Shown piece by piece: positions 26,222 through 32,000 of a stretch of DNA of 32,000 bases; position 1 is the first letter of the stretch; every line of letters starts with the position of its first letter. The DNA lies in contig NZ_LN831024.1 in the NCBI RefSeq assembly GCF_001457615.1, positions 3,930,001 to 3,962,000 of the forward strand, in the 5' to 3' direction. Origin of the DNA: Pseudomonas aeruginosa (GTDB lineage Bacteria > Pseudomonadota > Gammaproteobacteria > Pseudomonadales > Pseudomonadaceae). The position numbers and the translations under genes are program-made. The notes under the pieces were generated by a model. It did no database searches, had not been told where the DNA came from, and saw only the letters and a list, made by a program, of their open reading frames with translations.

Positions 26222-27811
26222 ATGCCCAACTCCCCGCTTCCTTCCGGCCGCAGGCTGCCCGCTTGCGCCTTCGCCGACATCGGCGAGCCCTACGCCGTGT
26301 TCCAGGCTCCCGGCGGCGCGCTCCTTGCGGTGGCCAGCGCCTTTCATGGGCAACACCCGGGCCGACAGCTCGACGTCTACGAACAGAGCCTGCGCCTGTA
26401 CCGCGGCGGCGACCTCGAATGCATCGCCGTCCTGCCGGACCTGGGCTTTCCGCTCAACGCCATCGCCTGGCACCCGAGCCGGCCCGTACTGGTGATCGGC
26501 GGCGGACGCTACGACGGCGGCGCCTTCTTCGAAGGCGGTCTGCTGGCCTGGGACTACGCGAGCGGCAAGACCCAATCGCTGCTCGCCGACAACCGCGAAG
26601 TGCTCGCCTGCGACTTCGAGGACGACGGCCGGCGCCTGACCTTCACCGTCGCCCCCAGCGACGACCTGGAGGACCGACCGTTGTTCCGCCAGCGCCATTC
26701 GCTAGCCTTTCCGGTCGACGCCCCACTGGTGCTGGACGACCTGCCCGGCACCCGCCTGCCCTTCGACTGGGCCCTCTACCCTGCCTCGACACAACGCGAA
26801 GCAGCGCTGCCGATCCTGGAAAACCTCGCCCTGGGCAAAGATCGGCGGTTCCTGCATCGTCCACCGGTGTGGGACCTGTGCTTTCTCGACGGCCAACGCC
26901 TGGCCATCGCCCGCGCCAACCCCCGGCTCGAGCTCTGGAATCTGGCCGACGACAGCCTGCGCAGCTTCGAACTGGCCGAACGGGGCCAGTGCCTGCAGGT
27001 CTTCCATAACGCCACCGACGACAGCCTGCTGGTCAATCTGCAACTCGGGTATGCCGCCCAGCGACTGTTCAAGGTGCCGCTGACACCGGGACAACCGCTG
27101 CTCCTGAGCGACTGCCGCCATCTGCTGGCGCAATCCGCCCAAGGCGGTTTTCTCGCCCGCCAGATCGCCCTCGAGGGCAAAGACCTGGAAGACCTCGTGC
27201 TCGACCCGGCCGGCCGGATCATCCACAGGCGCCGTCTCGGACACTACGACCTGTTCAACCACCATCTGCGCATCGACCGTGGCGAAGCCTTCTTCTACCT
27301 GGCCGGCAATCCGCCGGAGCAGCACCAGGACAAGGGCCTGTTCCGCCTCGACCCGCAGACCTTCAAGACCCGCGAAGTGCTACGCCTGGAGCGCCACCCG
27401 GAGCACTTCAACAACCTGCACGGCTGCCTGCTGGGCAATCGCCTGCTGCTCAACGCCAAGGTCTACAACTCGCCGCATCACGCCTACGGTACCCAGCGCC
27501 TGACCTGCTACGACCTGGAGAGCCGCGGCACGCTCTGGGGCGCGACCCTGTCCGCCCAGGTCAGCGCCTTCGCGCCGTTGCCCGGCGGACAATGGATCGC
27601 ACTGGCGCTGGTCGATGGTCAGGTCGAGGTACGCGACCTCGCCAGCGGCGAATGTCGCTGGCGCTACCGCACGGCAGACGCCATACCGCTGTGCCTGGCA
27701 GTCAGCGACAAACTCCTCGCCATCGGTTTCAGCCACGGCGGAGTCAGCCTCCTGCAGGTCGCGGCGGATGGCCAGCTCATCGGTCCTCCAGGCGCCAACC
27801 CGCGGCAGTAG
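26222..27811 (+). CDS. Conserved hypothetical protein, probable WD40/PQQ-like beta-propeller repeats
   Basis: 529-aa ORF with coding-like composition and no signal peptide. It has recurring strand-turn motifs (AWHPSRPVLVIGG, LLAWDYASGK, LELWNLADDS, LTCYDLESRGTLWG, VEVRDLASGECRWRY). There is no clear SD at the first ATG, so the start is uncertain. Confidence 0.75.
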   Translation: MPNSPLPSGRRLPACAFADIGEPYAVFQAPGGALLAVASAFHGQHPGRQLDVYEQSLRLYRGGDLECIAVLPDLGFPLNAIAWHPSRPVLVIGGGRYDGGAFFEGGLLAWDYASGKTQSLLADNREVLACDFEDDGRRLTFTVAPSDDLEDRPLFRQRHSLAFPVDAPLVLDDLPGTRLPFDWALYPASTQREAALPILENLALGKDRRFLHRPPVWDLCFLDGQRLAIARANPRLELWNLADDSLRSFELAERGQCLQVFHNATDDSLLVNLQLGYAAQRLFKVPLTPGQPLLLSDCRHLLAQSAQGGFLARQIALEGKDLEDLVLDPAGRIIHRRRLGHYDLFNHHLRIDRGEAFFYLAGNPPEQHQDKGLFRLDPQTFKTREVLRLERHPEHFNNLHGCLLGNRLLLNAKVYNSPHHAYGTQRLTCYDLESRGTLWGATLSAQVSAFAPLPGGQWIALALVDGQVEVRDLASGECRWRYRTADAIPLCLAVSDKLLAIGFSHGGVSLLQVAADGQLIGPPGANPRQ

Positions 27812-29393
27812 CCCGCAGTTCGCCATCCAGCGCCAGGTGGCGGAGAAACACCGGGTCGTGGGACACCACCAGCAAGGCCCCACGGTACTGCCCGAGCATG
27901 CTTTCCAGGGCCTGCCGCGCAGCCAGGTCGAGGTGGTTGTCCGGTTCGTCGAGCAGTAGCAGCTGCGCCGGCCGGTCGGCGTAGAGCACCAGGGCCAGGG
28001 CCGCCTTCAGGCGTTCGCCGCCGCTCAGCGTCGCGCACGGCTGGGCGAGCCGTTCAGCCGGCAAGCCGAGTTGCGCCAGGCGCGTGCGCAGCCAGCTTTC
28101 GCCGCGACTGCGATTGACCTCCAGCAACTGCTCCAGCACGCCTCGCCCGTGGTCCAGCACGCTCAGCCGCTGGTCGAGATAGGCGGCGCCCACCGTCACC
28201 GCGCAGGTTCCCGCCAGCGGCGCCCGTTGCCCGGCCAGCAGCCGCAGCAGGGTCGACTTGCCGCTGCCGTTCGGGCCGACCAGCGCCAGCCGTCGCGGAC
28301 CGCTCAGGAGCAGGTCGATTTCGCGCAACGGCCCGCGCAGATGCGGCAGGACCGCGCCCTTCAACTCGACGATCCGGCGCTGCGCCGCCAGTTCGGCATC
28401 GGGCGAATCGAGCAGCAGCGGCGACGCCTCCTCGACCTCCCGGGCAGCCTCGCGCACCTCGCGGTCGAGGCGCTCGCGCTCCGCCTGGTGGGCATTGCGC
28501 AGCTTGCCGGCGCTGACCTCGCTACGTTCCCTGAACCCACCGAGCAGGATCTTCGCCTGGTTCGCCGTCTTGCCTTCGCGCCGGCCGCTGGCCTGGCGCC
28601 GCTCCTGGCGCTGCTGCTGTTCGCGCATGGCCAGGGTCTGCCGCTTGCGCTCCAGACGACGCTGGTCCAGGCGGCGCTCGGCGGCCTCGCGCGCCTCCTC
28701 CCGGCTCTGCGCGTAGAAGGAATAGCCGCCGCCATAGCTGCGCAGGCCGAGGGTCGACAGCTCGACGATCCGCTGCATGCCCTCGAGCAGTTCGCGGTCA
28801 TGGCTGACCAGCAGCAGGCCGCCGTCCCAGGCCGCCAGCCGCGCCCGCAACAAGGCGCGCGCCGGCCCGTCGAGAGGGTTGCTCGGTTCGTCGAGGATGA
28901 GGAAGTCGGCGTCGTCGAGGAATGCGCCGAGCAGCGCTACGCGCATGCATTCGCCGCCGCTCAGGCGTTCGCTCGGGGTATCCGCGCGGAGATGGCCGAG
29001 CCCCTCGGCGGCCAGGGCGTCGGCCAGGCGTTGGCGGATGTCCCAGCGCTCGCCCAGGCATTCGTAGTCGGCGGCGTCGAGGCTACCCGCCTCGATCCGC
29101 GCCAGCGCCTCCAGCCATGGGCGGACGCCGGCCAGATCGGCGACGGTCGGGTAGTCGGCCGGTTCGAGCTGCTGCGCCAGGTAGCGCACGCGCCCCTGGC
29201 GCCGGACGCTGCCGCTGGACGGCTGCAAGTGTCCGGCGAGCAGGCGCGCGAGCAGCGACTTGCCGACGCCGTTGCGTCCCACCAGCCCGGTGTGCCGGGT
29301 GTCGAAGGTTTCGTCGAGATCGGAAAACAGAAGGCTGCCGTCCGGCAGCTGGAAAGAGACGCCATCGAGCGTCAGGGTCGACGTATTCGTCAT
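27777..29393 (-). CDS. ABC-F family ATPase (two ABC domains, no membrane domain)
   Basis: The track ORF is trimmed to Met9 (MTNTSTLTLDGVSFQL…), giving 538 aa. It has Walker A twice (GRNGVGKS, GPNGSGKS) and the signature motif twice (LSGGECMRV, LSGGERLKA). The two domains are joined by a linker of roughly 100 aa rich in Arg/Gln/Glu. Confidence 0.9.
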   Translation of the reverse strand: MTNTSTLTLDGVSFQLPDGSLLFSDLDETFDTRHTGLVGRNGVGKSLLARLLAGHLQPSSGSVRRQGRVRYLAQQLEPADYPTVADLAGVRPWLEALARIEAGSLDAADYECLGERWDIRQRLADALAAEGLGHLRADTPSERLSGGECMRVALLGAFLDDADFLILDEPSNPLDGPARALLRARLAAWDGGLLLVSHDRELLEGMQRIVELSTLGLRSYGGGYSFYAQSREEAREAAERRLDQRRLERKRQTLAMREQQQRQERRQASGRREGKTANQAKILLGGFRERSEVSAGKLRNAHQAERERLDREVREAAREVEEASPLLLDSPDAELAAQRRIVELKGAVLPHLRGPLREIDLLLSGPRRLALVGPNGSGKSTLLRLLAGQRAPLAGTCAVTVGAAYLDQRLSVLDHGRGVLEQLLEVNRSRGESWLRTRLAQLGLPAERLAQPCATLSGGERLKAALALVLYADRPAQLLLLDEPDNHLDLAARQALESMLGQYRGALLVVSHDPVFLRHLALDGELRATAAGWRLEDR

Positions 29394-29589
29394 GGATACC
29401 CCCTTGATGCCATGCATTCCCCCGGGCCCTCGGGCCAGGGACGGAAAACCGGCCGTGCAGACACGGCAGCATCAATTGCGCATCGGACGAACACCTCGTA
29501 CGGAAGGAAAGACCGCGGCAGTCTACTCCGCCCATGCGGCCCTGCCAATCGGGCATACTTTTCGTTTCCGACAGACACGACCGACCGAC

Positions 29590-29925
29590 ATGGCCAGACC
29601 GCGCATCTCCGAACTCTTCGAACAGGAACCCTCGCGCTGGGGCGGCCGTGGCGACCCCTACCTCTGGCAGGAAATGGCCGGGCAACTGGCGGACGCGTCC
29701 TGGCCGGCTTCCGCAGCGGCCCTGGAACACCTGCTCGGCGAGACCTTCGAGCGCCTCAGCGGCCATCCGCTGGAATACGATGCCTTGATCTACCTCGCGC
29801 GCCACGCCCACGGCGGCATGTCCAGCGGCATGGTCAGCCCGGAGTTCTGGCGCGAAACGGCAATCCCGGAACTGCTCGACCGCTATCGGCGGCGGCGCTC
29901 CTGGCTGAGATGGTTGCGCCGATAG
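29590..29925 (+). CDS. Small hypothetical protein (111 aa)
   Basis: In-frame ATG at 29590 within track ORF 29260..29925: MARPRISELFEQEPSRWGGRGDPYLWQEMAGQLADASWPASAAALEHLLGETFERL… The composition is protein-like, but there is no convincing SD. The last 14 codons overlap the DTW gene on the opposite strand. Confidence 0.55.
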   Translation: MARPRISELFEQEPSRWGGRGDPYLWQEMAGQLADASWPASAAALEHLLGETFERLSGHPLEYDALIYLARHAHGGMSSGMVSPEFWRETAIPELLDRYRRRRSWLRWLRR

Positions 29926-30494
29926 GTGTCCTCGCCCATCGCCGCGATCTGCCCCTCGATCAGGGCATCGAAGGGTTTCAGCAAGGCTTCGTGGGTACGC
30001 GGCGCCTCCAGTTCGTCGAGCGCCGCAGCGATTGCTTCGATGGTCGACAGCGCGCCCTCTCCCGGCGCCTTGCGCAGGCGATAACGCGACGCCATGCCTT
30101 CGGCCAGGCTCACCCGCGGCAGGGCCGCCAGGGCCGGGTTCAGGTGCAGGAGCTTGCGCGCCTTGCGCCAGGTGCCGTCCGGCACCACCAGCAGGAGGGG
30201 CTCGCCGGCGGCCTCGGCGGCCATCTCTGCCAGCGCACGCGCCTGCTCGCCGGGAAACAGCAGGCAGGCCCGGTAGCCCGGTACCCGCCAGGTCTCCTCG
30301 GCGAAACGCTCGCCAACCCGCAGCTCCGCATTGCACAAGCCGAGGACGGCCAATCCTGCGGTATTCAACGCGTGCCCGACCTCGCTGGGGTGCTGCAGGA
30401 CCAGCACCCGCGTACGCGACGGCAAGGAGGGAATCAGCGCGCAGAGGCAATGGCTGGCGGGGCGAGCGCAACGCTCGCAGCGGATACGTGGCAT
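29883..30494 (-). CDS. DTW-domain protein (tRNA-uridine aminocarboxypropyltransferase family, YfiP/TapT-like)
   Basis: The track ORF is trimmed to Met12 (MPRIRCERCARPASHCLCALIP…), with an AGGAG SD 8 nt upstream. It has an N-terminal CxxC…CxC cluster and a DTW-type motif (VVPDGTWRKARK). Confidence 0.85.
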   Translation of the reverse strand: MPRIRCERCARPASHCLCALIPSLPSRTRVLVLQHPSEVGHALNTAGLAVLGLCNAELRVGERFAEETWRVPGYRACLLFPGEQARALAEMAAEAAGEPLLLVVPDGTWRKARKLLHLNPALAALPRVSLAEGMASRYRLRKAPGEGALSTIEAIAAALDELEAPRTHEALLKPFDALIEGQIAAMGEDTYRRNHLSQERRRR

Positions 30495-30718
30495 GGGACG
30501 ACTCCTGGAAGGGGCCCAGTGTGCCACAGGCGGAGGGGCTTCCTCTCACTCGCAAAAACGTCATATTTCCGACGAATGGCGGTAATTTGTTTCACCCATT
30601 AAGAATAACGACGAATTTTGTCGTTCGATGAAAAAATACAATCGTCCCACCCTCTCAACTCCCGCCCATCGGCGCCGAAGACAGGATGAGCCCCTCTCTC
30701 TATCCAAGGATTTTTCTC

Positions 30719-32000
30719 ATGTTCACTCGCAAGTACCGACAGATGAACGCCGACTTGCAACAGCAACTCGCCGCCGAGCGCCTGCACATGGCGGCCCTGG
30801 ACCGCTCCATGGCGCGCGTGGAGTTCAATCCGGACGGCAATATCACCGATGCCAATGAGAATTTCCTGACCCTGCTGGGCTACCGCCGCGACGAGATCCT
30901 CGGCAAACCGCATCGCCAGCTTTGCGACGGCGCCTACGCGCAATCGGAAGACTACCGGCGCTTCTGGGAACGCCTGCGGCGCGGCGAACACTTTTCCGGC
31001 CGCTGCAAGCGCATTACCCGCGAGGGCCGGCCACTCTGGCTGGAAGCCACCTACAACCCCGTACGCGACGGGCAGGGTCGACTGCTGAAGGTGGTCAAGT
31101 ACGCCAGCGACATCGATGCCATCGTCCACCAGGAACACGAGATGCAGAGCAAGCTGGATGCCCTGTCCCGCTCGATGGCGATGATCGAGTTCGACCTCGA
31201 CGGCAATGTCCTCGCGGCCAACGACAACTTCCTCGCCACCATGGGCTATGGCCGAGCCGAGCTGGCCAGCGCCAACCACCGTCAGTTCTGCGAACCGGGC
31301 TACCGCGACGGCCCGCAGTACGCCGACCTCTGGCGCCGCCTGAACCGCGGCGAGTACGTCACCGGGCAGTTCCGCCGGGTCCACCGCAACGGCCAGCCGG
31401 TCTGGCTGGAAGCCAGCTACAACCCGGTCTACGACGCCGACGGCAAGCTCTACAAGGTGGTCAAGTTCGCCAGCGATGTCAGCGACCGCATGCGCCGCTA
31501 CCAGGCCGAGGCGGACAACGCCCACCAGGCCCATACCCTGTCCACCGAGACCCGCACGGTCGCCGAACACGGCGCGCTGATCATCCAGAGCGCGGTGGAG
31601 GAAATGCTCAAGATCGCGAATACCCTGGATGCTTCCTCGCTGAACATCGGCGAACTGTCACAGCACTCGCAACAGATCACCTCGATCGTCAACACCATCC
31701 GCGAGATCGCCGAGCAGACCAACCTGCTCGCCCTCAATGCCGCCATCGAGGCCGCCCGCGCCGGCGACCAGGGTCGCGGCTTCGCCGTGGTGGCCGACGA
31801 GGTGCGGCAACTGGCGGAACGCACCAGCAAGTCGACCAAGGAGATCGCCGACATGATCGGTCGCATCCAGACCGGCACCCGCAGCGTCATCGACGACATG
31901 CAGCACAGCCAGGAACAGGCGCGGCGCGGCGTGGAGCTGGCCAACGAGGCCGGCGCGGCGATCCTCGGCATCCGCGAGAGCACGCACAAGGTGGTAGAAG
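30719..32000 (+). CDS. bdlA: Biofilm dispersion locus protein BdlA (PAS-PAS-MCP signalling domain), 3' end beyond window
   Basis: This ORF is not in the track because it has no stop inside the window. The ATG at 30719 has an AAGGA SD 8 nt upstream. The product begins [50 protein letters not shown]… It has two PAS repeats and the conserved MCP hairpin region (…[38 protein letters not shown]…). Confidence 0.9.
   Translation, partial: MFTRKYRQMNADLQQQLAAERLHMAALDRSMARVEFNPDGNITDANENFLTLLGYRRDEILGKPHRQLCDGAYAQSEDYRRFWERLRRGEHFSGRCKRITREGRPLWLEATYNPVRDGQGRLLKVVKYASDIDAIVHQEHEMQSKLDALSRSMAMIEFDLDGNVLAANDNFLATMGYGRAELASANHRQFCEPGYRDGPQYADLWRRLNRGEYVTGQFRRVHRNGQPVWLEASYNPVYDADGKLYKVVKFASDVSDRMRRYQAEADNAHQAHTLSTETRTVAEHGALIIQSAVEEMLKIANTLDASSLNIGELSQHSQQITSIVNTIREIAEQTNLLALNAAIEAARAGDQGRGFAVVADEVRQLAERTSKSTKEIADMIGRIQTGTRSVIDDMQHSQEQARRGVELANEAGAAILGIRESTHKVVE

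Noticed and set aside
28071-30602. 843-aa + strand ORF crossing the ABC-F gene, an intergenic region, the small ORF and the DTW gene
   Set aside because: It runs through a clear divergent promoter region and is antisense to two motif-bearing genes. The composition is Arg/Gln/Ala-rich junk.
30599-31989. Minus-strand ORFs 30599..31570 (323 aa) and 31498..31989 (163 aa)
   Set aside because: Both are antisense to the open-ended bdlA reading frame, which carries PAS repeats and the invariant MCP signalling hairpin. The track omits bdlA only because it has no stop in the window.
1-32000. Search for CRISPR repeats, tRNA/rRNA genes, IS elements or integrases, toxin-antitoxin or defence-system gene signatures
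   Set aside because: I saw no direct-repeat/spacer periodicity, no tRNA-like cloverleaf regions and no transposase, integrase or nuclease-helicase type ORFs. All sizeable ORFs are accounted for by the genes listed.

Overview
High-GC Pseudomonas aeruginosa chromosomal window. From the protein sequences I recognise it as collinear, in reverse orientation, with the PAO1 interval PA1452 to PA1423. No search was run, so all identifications come from reading the translations and DNA.

Gene content, left to right:
- 5' tip of flhA (- strand).
- Two tandem TPM/YgcG-family membrane proteins.
- Flagellar switch/export operon fliL-fliM-fliN-fliO-fliP-fliQ-fliR-flhB (- strand), then fliK (- strand).
- Two small conserved genes (UPF0149/YecA-like, DUF454/YbaN-like; + strand).
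- A four-gene minus-strand unit: RND pump mexM-mexN followed by an OmpR-type response regulator and a heavy-metal-type sensor kinase.
- The c-di-GMP-controlled periplasmic protease pair lapG-lapD (+ strand).
- The las quorum-sensing locus lasI / rsaL / lasR, with its las box, putative RsaL operator and Vfr/CRP palindrome.
- A P-type cation ATPase, a GNAT acetyltransferase, a WD40/PQQ-like hypothetical protein, a stand-alone ABC-F ATPase, a small hypothetical protein and a DTW-domain protein.
- The first ~427 codons of bdlA, running off the window end.

I found no tRNA, rRNA, CRISPR array, IS element, integrase or phage genes.

I do not see evidence for a wholly new multi-gene system. The least explained parts are:
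- The TPM paralog pair embedded in the flagellar export operon.
- A CusR-box-like palindrome between mexM and lapG.
- The poorly characterised PA1424-PA1428-like cluster, which has two convergent 3' gene overlaps.

Most long ORFs in the six-frame track are antisense or out-of-frame shadows typical of GC-rich DNA, and I rejected them.
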